From: Promethearchaeota archaeon
Lineage (GTDB): Archaea > Asgardarchaeota > Lokiarchaeia > Sigyniarchaeales > SOKP01
NCBI GenBank assembly: GCA_029838195.1
Contig: JALGVJ010000028.1
Location: 1 to 49,631, forward strand
DNA length: 49,631 nucleotides
Reading direction: 5' to 3'
Every line of letters begins with the position of its first letter. The stretch's first letter is position 1. Below, piece by piece: positions 31,754 to 40,812 of the stretch. Both the position numbers and the translations under genes were made by a program. The notes below the pieces were generated by a model, which saw nothing but the letters and a program-made list of their open reading frames with translations, ran no database searches and had not been told where the DNA came from.

Positions 31754-32146
31754 TTGTTTAAATTAATTTTTTCACAAAAAGCTTTAGAATACATCAAGCA
31801 GTATAAAAATAAAGAAGAGCGTTCTGGAGAATTAAATAAATTTGTCGTGGTATTATTTTTTCATTCAACTAGTATGTGAACCATGACGTTCTGTGGAAAT
31901 ATAGTTGAATTGATTGAGAAAAAGAAAGTATATCGGGATAGCGATTTTGTATTATGGGAAAATACAAATATAAATGAAAACTTCGATAACGCACGTGGTA
32001 TTGAAGTATATATAGAAAAAAATTTGGTGAAGGAATTGATGAATCAAAAGCCCATAATTATCATTGATGCTGCTATAGGAAAAACGAAACAAGGAGATCA
32101 AATTGGAATGCTCTTTATAAAGAAAAATAAAAACGTGTATGGTTAA
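31754..32146 (+). CDS. Putative selenoprotein, HesB/IscA-like fold, 130 aa, Sec42 encoded by TGA 31877-31879
   Basis: SD AGGTGA 31743-31748, TTG 31754, 41 sense codons, TGA, then in frame into the 87-aa ORF: MFKLIFSQKALEYIKQYKNKEERSGELNKFVVVLFFHSTSM-U-TMTFCGN...GIEVYIEKNL...IIID. SECIS directly downstream. Confidence 0.78.
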
Positions 32147-32149
32147 AAA

Positions 32150-32185
32150 ATGACCTAATCTTATAAATTTTAGAAGATTAGTGAT
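32150..32185 (+). promoter_or_regulatory. Eukaryote-type (Lokiarchaeal) SECIS element in the 3' UTR
   Basis: A-TGAC / CTAATCTT (32155-62) / ATAAATTTTAG / AAGATTAG (32174-81) / TGAT: tandem G.A core, 8-bp perfect helix II, AAA 11 nt after ATGA. Confidence 0.8.
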
Positions 32186-32266
32186 TCGCTCGCGCGAGTG
32201 TTTAAGATGAAATGTTCCATAAAATGAAAAAGTAATTGAATAATCAATAAAAAATAAATAAAAGAT

Positions 32267-32890
32267 TTATTTTTTGAATTTTAAAAGAAGTTCAGCTACT
32301 CTTTTTCCAAGATCCTTGGCGATTAACCCCCCTAACTCATCTTTTTCTTCCTTTCCTAAAAATTCCTTTAAACCATGCTTTTGTAAACTCGTAATTGGGA
32401 TATTTCCTTCTAATACGGGATTTCCTTCCGTATTGCCAACAATAATCATTCCTTGGATCAGAGCAAAATTAATTAAATCGGAAATGACCCCTTCTCCTCC
32501 GTTTCTTAGGCCTGTAGCCGCCATCGGGGCAAAAATTACATCTTTTAATAAATAATTTTTCATTTTCCACGGACGCGAGCGATCAATCAACAGTTTCAAT
32601 TGCGAACTTAGGGAACCAAAATAATTTGGCGCAGCAATAATTAATGCATCAGATCCTAAAATTAAATCCTCTAATTTTTTTGTATCATCTTGTTCTGCTA
32701 AGGGACAATCGTGAGGAGGTCTCAAGCATATATCGCATCCATTACATGGAATAATATTAAAATCAGAAATCTGAATTTTATTAATAGCGAAATCTGCTGA
32801 AACGGATTGTATTCCTTCTATAGCATTATCTATTAAAAAATTACAACTTCTATTTTTCCGAGGTGAACCAACAATTAATGTAATTTTCAT
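32267..32890 (-). CDS. Iron-sulfur flavoprotein / multimeric flavodoxin family
   Basis: GSPRK, CNGCDICx6C cysteine motif, APNYFGS, IDR, RNGG. Confidence 0.88.
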   Translation of the reverse strand: MKITLIVGSPRKNRSCNFLIDNAIEGIQSVSADFAINKIQISDFNIIPCNGCDICLRPPHDCPLAEQDDTKKLEDLILGSDALIIAAPNYFGSLSSQLKLLIDRSRPWKMKNYLLKDVIFAPMAATGLRNGGEGVISDLINFALIQGMIIVGNTEGNPVLEGNIPITSLQKHGLKEFLGKEEKDELGGLIAKDLGKRVAELLLKFKK

Positions 32891-33023
32891 GGTACATGAT
32901 AATTTTTTATTATTTTTTATATTTTTTCCAAAATCTTCAATTCGTTATATTTGACTTTAAATTTAAAATATTTTTGGAAAATTGTTCAATAAACATGATT
33001 CTTATTTAATTAGGCAAGCTGAC

Positions 33024-33950
33024 TTATAAAGCTCGGAAAAACTCAGGTTTTAATATTTCCGAATGAGTTAACCCATAATTTATGACGGATAAAATTTGAT
33101 GTTTTTCCCTATCAAGAACTCCTTTTAAAGGGAGATAATTACTGGCGTGATTAGCTCGAAAAATACAATTAGCATTAGGATTATTTTTAAAATTCACGTG
33201 CGTTATAAATGTTTTTAATTCCTTTAAAATTTCTACAGATGTCATTTCTTTAAATTCACCCCGCATTTTTTTCTCGTAAAGAACTGTTCCTGGCGGGACT
33301 ATTAAGGTTAAAAATGCAATGTACCACGTTCTATCATTATTGGGACAAATTTTATTCACGAGATCTGCTGATTCAACAGCATGATGGTAAGAAAGTTCGG
33401 GATTATCAGCTCCGCCCAATCCATTGATTAAAGTAGCAGATAAAGTTATGTTTGCTTTCATCAGTTTTCTTGAAGCTTTAATATAATCCTCTTTAGTTGC
33501 GTGTTTATTTACCGCTTTAAGTAATGCATCATATCCGGATTCAAATCCCACGTATGCTATCTTTAAACCTGCCTCTTGTAAGGCTTTTAATTGAAGGTCT
33601 GATTTTTTTAGAATGTCTTTAGCGTGAGCATATACTCCAACTCGCTCAAGATAAGGAAAATTTTGATTTGAATGCTGTAAAATATCAAGTAGTACATCTG
33701 TAGGTGTTACCATGGCATTTCCATCAAGAAAAAATATTCTTTTTACGCCCTTTCCATAAATTTTCCTTGCAATATCAAGATCTCTTTTTATATCCGCAAC
33801 TCCTCTTATTAAAAATGGTTTTCTTAAATTAGACATGCAAAAATCGCATTTGAAAGTACATCCTTCTGTGAGTTGAATCAAAAGAGAATTAGCTTCGCTG
33901 GGAGGTCTAAATACAGGCTCCTTATAATATATTCGTTCATGGACTGCCAT
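33024..33950 (-). CDS. Radical SAM protein
   Basis: FRPPSEA, CTFKCDFC, YVGFESG, NHASNY. Confidence 0.92.
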   Translation of the reverse strand: MAVHERIYYKEPVFRPPSEANSLLIQLTEGCTFKCDFCMSNLRKPFLIRGVADIKRDLDIARKIYGKGVKRIFFLDGNAMVTPTDVLLDILQHSNQNFPYLERVGVYAHAKDILKKSDLQLKALQEAGLKIAYVGFESGYDALLKAVNKHATKEDYIKASRKLMKANITLSATLINGLGGADNPELSYHHAVESADLVNKICPNNDRTWYIAFLTLIVPPGTVLYEKKMRGEFKEMTSVEILKELKTFITHVNFKNNPNANCIFRANHASNYLPLKGVLDREKHQILSVINYGLTHSEILKPEFFRAL

Positions 33951-34004
33951 GGTTCTTGTATCACATGAATTAAGAAATAATATTCAATAATGCGGGAATA
34001 AAAA

Positions 34005-34718
34005 TTAATCCTTTTCAAATTCTTCCAATGAAAGTTCTCCTTCAATGTATAGCTTCTCTTTCTTCTTGTCCGCATCTTCCGGACGTTTAGAACATGAGGA
34101 AAGATGTCGAGCTAAGCGGGCATACATTTTCCCACAATATGGGCATTCTAATTTTTCTTGTTGTTGCTTTTTCGTGGAGGTTTTTTTCTTTTTTCTTCTT
34201 GTTCCTTTTTTTTTCTTTTTCTTAGCTCTTGATGGCAACACGTCATCAATTGTTGCATCTTCAGGGGCTAATTCACAGATCTCGAGATGGCCTTCAATAT
34301 CATCCGTGATTTCTCCACAGTAAGGACATTCTAAAGTTCCAATATCTTCTGCTTCTATGTCTTCTTTACTAGTTTTCCTCTTTTCATATTTTAATTCAAT
34401 TTCTTCCTCTTCCTCGAATTCGTCAACGGATAAATCAATTTCTTCTTCAACCAACTCGAAATCTTTTAGTTCTAATTCCTTTTCTTTGATTTTTTTCTCC
34501 GCTAGTCGTTTACTTTCTTCATATACTTCGGTGATCCTGCGGTCTGTTTGTGAATATAGTGAACACACTTGACAAACGTAAGCATGGGTGCCTAATACCA
34601 GATCTCTTGCGTCGCAATAACATAACGGTTGTAAACTATTACTATAATCTCCTTTGGGATGAAGGTGCTTGCAAGCGTTTTTTCTTGAAAATTTTAATTT
34701 TTGCTTTCTTCTAGGAAT
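34005..34718 (-). CDS. Multi-zinc-finger protein (N-terminal Cys/His cluster, two C2HC fingers, acidic and basic tracts)
   Basis: Frame open 50 codons upstream of GTG 34568 to ATT 34718 (MPRRKQKLKFSRKNACKHLH...CYC...CQVC), preceded by GGTGA SD. Fingers CPYC-x9-HLEIC and CPYC-x9-HLSSC. Confidence 0.7.
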   Translation of the reverse strand: MPRRKQKLKFSRKNACKHLHPKGDYSNSLQPLCYCDARDLVLGTHAYVCQVCSLYSQTDRRITEVYEESKRLAEKKIKEKELELKDFELVEEEIDLSVDEFEEEEEIELKYEKRKTSKEDIEAEDIGTLECPYCGEITDDIEGHLEICELAPEDATIDDVLPSRAKKKKKKGTRRKKKKTSTKKQQQEKLECPYCGKMYARLARHLSSCSKRPEDADKKKEKLYIEGELSLEEFEKD

Positions 34719-34835
34719 TGTTTACTCACCAAAAAAAATGGCAATTACTGAGATATAGAATGATTTATAAAATAAGTTTATTATGGTTTAAAGAATTAAA
34801 CCTTCAAATTATCATTTTTAGCACCTAATTTTTAA

Positions 34836-36413
34836 CTAAAAGTTAAAATGGATGGATTGAAGATCGGTAATGATCTTATTTTTAATAGTGAAATTCTGGA
34901 TGTTGGGAAGTAAATCTTCAATTAGATCCTTTAGGGCTTTGATTTTTTGAATGAGCATTTCGGGTTTATAAAGGGGAGATGACCTCAAAGGGTGCCCTCT
35001 CATGATTCCCTTGTTGTAATTTTCAATAGCTTCGCGGAGAAATAAACCTGCCCTGTCAGGTTCATTTAATCTAGCTTGATATGTCAATCCTATTCGTTCA
35101 AAAGATAACCCCGCCCCGACATAGTCTCTTGCTGCTATAAAATGTTTTGCGGCTTCTTGGAGTTCTTGTAAAGCACGTTCTATCTGGTCTATTTCGTTTT
35201 CTTGTATTGTTTTTAGTAATATATACCCCTTTAAATAATGACCTTCCCCAACATGGAATAAATTTTCGTGTTGGTTTGCAAAATCCATAAACTTTTCAGT
35301 GAATTCTTCGGCTAAAGTGAAATGTTCATTATTAATGCATTCAATTATGAGTTCACGGTATATTTCTAATACACGCGTGATCCGTTGTAATTTTTCATGA
35401 ATATTAATTGCTTTAGTGAATAATTCCACGCCGGAAACGGCATCTTTATTTTTAAACGCAATTTTTCCCTCATGAAAATATTTTTCCGCTTGTTCTAGTT
35501 CAATCTCGTCATCTAATTGCTTTAAATGGTGTTCAAGAGATTGTTTTACGGCCGAGTCATTAAAAATAATTTGCTCATCAAGGGATAATTCTTCAAACAA
35601 TTCTGGCTCTAAAGGATTTTCCTTTACTCGTGCTTTATTAGCTGTGGGGTCTATATACTCTTGACTCCAGTATTCTCCATAAGCTGATTGAAGTGGTTTG
35701 CCTTCTTGAACTCGCTCTGACAATTCTCTCATGAGACTGGCGAAAAAATATTTATTTAAACCATCGATAACATAATCCACGGCATGGTAATTATTTTCAA
35801 AATTAGGATCATTAAAATCTAAATTAATATTTGTAATCCGATAAATCTCAAAACCGGTATCATATTTTGTAATTTCATGGGCTTGCCCATTCTCGTCATA
35901 GATTTTTTCTTTTTTCTTTTTACCCAAAAGCGTATGGTCGTAGACCAGTCCAATGGCATCGTCATTTACTCCCTGAAAATATAGCTGATTAATTAGATCA
36001 TCTATCGAAAAGAATGGGTTAAATCCGGGGTGAGAATGAAACCATCCAATTATATAATTTTTTTCTCCTTTTTGAACGCATTCCTCTTGAATGTTGCTAA
36101 TAAAAACATAATGTTTTTCCTCCAATTGGACATCCGTGGAATGTCCGAACGTAAGAGCCTCAGCTCTGACGACATGAACAAAGTCTTCATCTGAATATCC
36201 AATTAACACACCATATACTTCTTTCCAATCATTTTGAGGCATTGAATTATTTGCAAATCTATTTGCATATAAAATTATGGTTTTATATGCTTCTGCTGAA
36301 ATTATTACGGGTTTTTCATTTTTAGTTGTTTCTTGATGAGATTCTATTTGGGATCCGTCTTTCTCCTTTTTACTATTAAAATCGTGGCGTGAATCTTTAA
36401 AATTTTCTGACAT
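34836..36413 (-). CDS. JAB/MPN+ (JAMM) metalloprotease domain fused to TPR-like helical repeats
   Basis: KEVYGVLIG, GWFHSHPGFNPFFSIDD = intact E..HSH-x7-S-x2-D motif; C-terminal half has helical repeats. Confidence 0.85.
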   Translation of the reverse strand: MSENFKDSRHDFNSKKEKDGSQIESHQETTKNEKPVIISAEAYKTIILYANRFANNSMPQNDWKEVYGVLIGYSDEDFVHVVRAEALTFGHSTDVQLEEKHYVFISNIQEECVQKGEKNYIIGWFHSHPGFNPFFSIDDLINQLYFQGVNDDAIGLVYDHTLLGKKKKEKIYDENGQAHEITKYDTGFEIYRITNINLDFNDPNFENNYHAVDYVIDGLNKYFFASLMRELSERVQEGKPLQSAYGEYWSQEYIDPTANKARVKENPLEPELFEELSLDEQIIFNDSAVKQSLEHHLKQLDDEIELEQAEKYFHEGKIAFKNKDAVSGVELFTKAINIHEKLQRITRVLEIYRELIIECINNEHFTLAEEFTEKFMDFANQHENLFHVGEGHYLKGYILLKTIQENEIDQIERALQELQEAAKHFIAARDYVGAGLSFERIGLTYQARLNEPDRAGLFLREAIENYNKGIMRGHPLRSSPLYKPEMLIQKIKALKDLIEDLLPNIQNFTIKNKIITDLQSIHFNF

Positions 36414-36499
36414 GAATTTAAAAAAAATCTGAAAACATTATTTTTTTCTTCTAAAAAATAATAAAAATAGTAATATAAAATTTTATCTTTCCTTGGAAG

Positions 36500-37714
36500 T
36501 TAAATCACGCTATTTCTCTTCAATTCTCGTATTTCCTCTTCCGAGTAGTTTAGAGACCTTAATATTTCTTTTGTATGCTGTCCAACTTTAGGAGCTATTG
36601 ATCTTATCGTTAATGGGGTTCTTGACATTTTGATGGGTGAGGCAATATTTTTTAATTTCCCTAATTTTGGATGAGTCGTATTAACAATCATATTTCGTGC
36701 TTTGATCTGAGGATCTACACATGCTTCCGCAAAAGTTTTAACTGGCATCACGCAAGCATCTAAGTTTTTAAAAACTTCGAACCATTCATCTCTTGTCTTT
36801 TTTTTAAATTCTTTTTCTAATTCTTTAAATACTTTTTCCTTTTCTTCTCCTTGTACGGTCTGTTTTAACATGAGATCCTCACGACCTAATCCTTTGCAAA
36901 GAGCATGCCAAAATTTCATTTCAATTGCTCCTACCGTAATATATTTGTCATCTTTCGTCTTATAGATGGAATAAAATGGAAAATCTCCATGAAGTGGGTT
37001 TTTGGTATCAATTTTTTGATTATATGACTCTGAAAAATGATGAGCAGCAGTCATGGGGATGAATGAGAATACGGTATCCGTCATAGAAATGTCTAAATAT
37101 TGGCCAATCCTCCCTTCATTACGTTCTCTTTCGATTAAGGCGGCCAATATTCCTATGGTTGAGATCAACCCACCTCCAATATCTGCAGATTGCATGCAAG
37201 GAACAATAGGTGGCTGCTCTTTATCAACTTCATTAAAAACACGTCTCGGTCGATTTTGATCTAACATTCCGCATATTCCAACATAATTTAAATCGTGTCC
37301 GGCGTTTTTCTCATAAGGCCCATCCTGACCATAGCCCGTTAAAGAGCAATAGATTATGGACTTGTTAAATTTAGAAACTGTTTGATAGTCTACTTCTAAT
37401 TTTTCCGTAACTCGAGGTCGAAAGGACTCTACAATGACATCTGACTTTTCAACTAATTTGTAAAATATTTCCTTGGCTTTTGATTTTTTAAGATTTAATG
37501 TCATGGATTTTTTATTTCTCATGATGATATGATTAAAGGCGCTAACCCGCGTGTGGTCTTTTTGAAAAAAAGGGGGAGGATTAGCATAAGGAAAGTTTGG
37601 ATCCTCTACTCGAATGACATTAGCACCTAAGTCTGCTAAGATCATCGTGCAATATGGACCAGGCAACATTCTCGTGAGGTCTATAACCGTGATATTATCT
37701 AAAGGTAAAGGCAT
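36500..37714 (-). CDS. CaiB/BaiF family III CoA-transferase
   Basis: LPGPYC..LADLGA, RNKKS, GYGQDGPY, GHDLNY, DIGGG, GQHT. Confidence 0.93.
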   Translation of the reverse strand: MPLPLDNITVIDLTRMLPGPYCTMILADLGANVIRVEDPNFPYANPPPFFQKDHTRVSAFNHIIMRNKKSMTLNLKKSKAKEIFYKLVEKSDVIVESFRPRVTEKLEVDYQTVSKFNKSIIYCSLTGYGQDGPYEKNAGHDLNYVGICGMLDQNRPRRVFNEVDKEQPPIVPCMQSADIGGGLISTIGILAALIERERNEGRIGQYLDISMTDTVFSFIPMTAAHHFSESYNQKIDTKNPLHGDFPFYSIYKTKDDKYITVGAIEMKFWHALCKGLGREDLMLKQTVQGEEKEKVFKELEKEFKKKTRDEWFEVFKNLDACVMPVKTFAEACVDPQIKARNMIVNTTHPKLGKLKNIASPIKMSRTPLTIRSIAPKVGQHTKEILRSLNYSEEEIRELKRNSVI

Positions 37715-37763
37715 GATAATTAATGAGATTGTTCATGAAAATTAAATTTAATGTAAAAAAAAA

Positions 37764-38270
37764 TCATAATTCTATGATTTCTGCTTCCATTTTCTCCGTA
37801 TCGATAATTGCAAACGTTCCTTTCCCAGTTAAATACCCACATGCTTCGCCGGGATTTACAACTAACACGCCATTCCCCAATTTTTTACTCATCACGGAGT
37901 GCGTGTGTCCAAAAAGCACAATATCAAATTTTCCTGAACTTGCAATGGCATCCACCGTTTCTTCATTAGGCATGTGAGAGGCAAAAACTCGTCTCTTATC
38001 AAGAGTTGCGATCAACTCATTTCCTACTAGATTGCAAATCTGACCTAAATTTTCTTTCAAAAAAACTCTGTCGCCATCGTTATTTCCAAATACTCCGGAA
38101 AAATTATGTTTAATTTTTTCATTTAAAGAATCAAACCATCGAACGACAAAAGCAGAATTGTAATCTCCACAATGGATGAGGGCATCCACGTCTCGTTCGT
38201 TCATAATTGAAACTGCTTTTAAAATATTATCCCGATTATCATGGGTATCGGATATTACAGCTAATTTCAT
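37764..38270 (-). CDS. Metallophosphoesterase (YfcE/MJ0936 family)
   Basis: SDTH, HCGD, GNND, GHTH, NPG; likely ATG start at 38270. Confidence 0.92.
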   Translation of the reverse strand: MKLAVISDTHDNRDNILKAVSIMNERDVDALIHCGDYNSAFVVRWFDSLNEKIKHNFSGVFGNNDGDRVFLKENLGQICNLVGNELIATLDKRRVFASHMPNEETVDAIASSGKFDIVLFGHTHSVMSKKLGNGVLVVNPGEACGYLTGKGTFAIIDTEKMEAEIIEL

Positions 38271-38417
38271 GTTCAGCCACAATGATTTCTTAATTGATTG
38301 AGGATTTAAATTAAGATATTATTATTATGAATATAAATTATAATAGATAAATTATTAGTTTTGTATGTTAAGTGTAATTTTATTAATCCATTATGGAAAA
38401 AATCAAGGGTAAAAAAA

Positions 38418-39494
38418 ATGGTTAAAGAATTTTTTAAAAATGAAAAAATGGCAATTGAGCAAAAAGTGAATGAATATTTCGAATCTCTACTTAGTTCCCA
38501 AAAAGATCCTCTTTTTTATGATTTTTTAACTCAATTAAAAGAATTCATCCTAAATCTTGAAGCTAAAAGAATTCACCCCGTCCTCCTCATTGCCGCTTTC
38601 ATGGGCATCGTCAATCCTTTATACGTACAAGATCAAATTGATGAAATTAGAAAAGTAGCAATCTCCGTGGAACTTCTTCATAATGCTCATTTAATTCATG
38701 ATGATTTAATTGATGAAGATATATTGCGAAGAAATAAACCAACTTTTCACGTGCAATTGAAGGAAGAACTAAAAAAGATAATTGACGCTAAGCAAATTTC
38801 AAAAAATAATGAAATTTTAGCTATTTCTTATGGGGAAAAAATGAGCGTCTTAGGTGGCTCCTTTGCTTATCTCCTCGGTCTGGACATCATTAAAGCTTCA
38901 AAATTCTCGGAAAAACTAAAATTAATGGCAATTAAGGAATATTCCGAAGCTATGGATTATATTATAAAAGGACAAATCATAGAAGAATACATGTATTACC
39001 ATGACATAACGATGTCTCTTGAACAGTATCTAAGTATAGCAGAATTACTCAGAGCCCGCTTATTCGAAAAATCTTCTAAAATTGGTGCCATCTTAGCAAA
39101 AGGAAACTTGCATTATCAAATAAAACCACTTTCAAATGCCATGCTAAAAATTGGACAAGCTCATGCGATCATCGATGATATTTTAGACCTTCATGAGGAT
39201 ATTCAAAATAAGAAAAAAAAAGTCATCTATATCCTGGCATTACAAAATACAAATGAGGAAGAATCTCGAATCCTTAAAGAAATTTATAATAAAGAAAGAG
39301 TTTCGCAAAATGATATCAAGCGAGTAGAAAAAATTTTTGCCTCCACGAACGCGCCCGTCATTGCCGAACATCTTGCAAAAAATCTCATTGAACAAGCAAA
39401 ACAAGATTTAAAAGATATCTATCCGGATCTTAATAAAAAGCAGAAGATTTTCTTTAATGAATTCAGTGATTTTCTTTTCCTTCGCAAGATTTAA
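38418..39494 (+). CDS. Polyprenyl synthetase family protein (divergent)
   Basis: KRIHP, HDDLID..RR FARM, DDILD SARM; likely ATG 38418. Confidence 0.8.
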   Translation: MVKEFFKNEKMAIEQKVNEYFESLLSSQKDPLFYDFLTQLKEFILNLEAKRIHPVLLIAAFMGIVNPLYVQDQIDEIRKVAISVELLHNAHLIHDDLIDEDILRRNKPTFHVQLKEELKKIIDAKQISKNNEILAISYGEKMSVLGGSFAYLLGLDIIKASKFSEKLKLMAIKEYSEAMDYIIKGQIIEEYMYYHDITMSLEQYLSIAELLRARLFEKSSKIGAILAKGNLHYQIKPLSNAMLKIGQAHAIIDDILDLHEDIQNKKKKVIYILALQNTNEEESRILKEIYNKERVSQNDIKRVEKIFASTNAPVIAEHLAKNLIEQAKQDLKDIYPDLNKKQKIFFNEFSDFLFLRKI

Positions 39495-39668
39495 AAATTT
39501 TTTCTACTCCATTAAGAGTAATTTTTCTTTTGAAATTAATCCTATTTATCTATTTAATTTTAAAGGTAAAGAATAAAATCTATATGAATTGATTCTTTTC
39601 TAATAATAAGCACGGAAGCATATTAATTAGTGCTTCAAGAAATAAAATAGAAAGAAGGGAGAGATTGA

Positions 39669-40580
39669 TTGATACTACAAAAAGTTCCTCCAGAACAAAT
39701 CATTATCAGGCCTCCCGTAGAAGCATATTCCGTTCTAATTCCTGTAACAGGGGGTTGCTCATGGAATAAATGTCGCTTTTGCGGTACTTACGGGGGTGTT
39801 TATGGAGTAATTCAAGATTATGCTATTAGGCCTTTAGAAGACGTACTACGGGATATAGATAGTTATTCTGAACGAAATTATCACGGCTTTCCTGTATTTT
39901 TAGCGGGAGGAAACCCAACTTCAGCACCGACAGATTATCTTGTTAAAATATTAACTCATGTAAGAAAGAAATTAAAAAATGTCCCAAGAATCAGTTGTTA
40001 TGCTAAAGCTCTAGATATCTTGAGAAAAACCGATGATGAATTGAAACAATTAGCCGAAGCAGGATTAGATATTGTATACATGGGTTTAGAATCTGGATCG
40101 AGTAAAATTCTAAGAATAATGAAAAAAGGAACCAATGCTCAATCCATGATCATAGCGGGAAAGAGAGTGTTAAAAGCCGGAATTAAACTTTCCTTATACG
40201 TAATATTAGGGTTGGGAAGTTATGAATTATCTGAAGAGCATGTTAAAGAAACAGCGAGAGTTTTAACAGAAATTAATCCAACAATATTTAGATTTAGGAC
40301 CTTAAATATTTTACCTAATACGCCTTTATGGGAAGATTATAAAAGTGGTAAATTTCAATTATTAAAACCGGTTGATTGTTTAAAAGAAGAATATGAGATC
40401 ATTGCAAATTTGGGGCCAAATGTTACATCCCAAGTATATAATGATCATATCTCTAATTATTGTTCCTTAGAATCATTGAATATTAAAGAGGATAGGGAGG
40501 TTTTTCTCAAGACCTTAGAATCATATATTAATGATCCGAGAATTAAAAATTTGCCTCGCAAGAATTTGACTCACATGTGA
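39669..40580 (+). CDS. Radical SAM protein (paralogue of 33024-33950)
   Basis: RPPVEA, CSWNKCRFC, YMGLESG, DHISNY. Confidence 0.92.
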   Translation: MILQKVPPEQIIIRPPVEAYSVLIPVTGGCSWNKCRFCGTYGGVYGVIQDYAIRPLEDVLRDIDSYSERNYHGFPVFLAGGNPTSAPTDYLVKILTHVRKKLKNVPRISCYAKALDILRKTDDELKQLAEAGLDIVYMGLESGSSKILRIMKKGTNAQSMIIAGKRVLKAGIKLSLYVILGLGSYELSEEHVKETARVLTEINPTIFRFRTLNILPNTPLWEDYKSGKFQLLKPVDCLKEEYEIIANLGPNVTSQVYNDHISNYCSLESLNIKEDREVFLKTLESYINDPRIKNLPRKNLTHM

Positions 40581-40812
40581 TTTTCAATCTTATTACTCCT
40601 GAAATAAAAAATTAGAATTATTTTAAGATTTCATGAAAATTATCTAATTTTTTTAGATTCTCTTCATGTTTAATTAAAATTTCACGTGAGCTCTTTAATA
40701 TTAATTGATGCATTAAATATGTTAAATATTAAAAATTTAAAATTTAATAACGAATAAGGTTTCATTAACAAGCTAATTTTGTAAAGAAATAAACATGAAT
40801 GAGTTGATTTAA

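Noticed and set aside
31874-31887. Alternative-frame C-E-P-TGA (CxxU-looking) overlapping the selenoprotein locus
   Set aside because: That frame hits TAG six codons later; the real read-through frame is TGA 31877-31879.
37764-38270. Metallophosphoesterase as a Vps29 (retromer) orthologue
   Set aside because: All metal ligands are typical of the widespread YfcE/MJ0936 family; no specific support.
8973-40580. TGA stops of the LRR, aor, MFS, roadblock, ATPase A and radical SAM genes as recoding sites
   Set aside because: The proteins are complete at those positions and I saw no AUGA..AA..GA hairpin downstream; the ATGAA hairpin near 40633 lacks the 3' GA.
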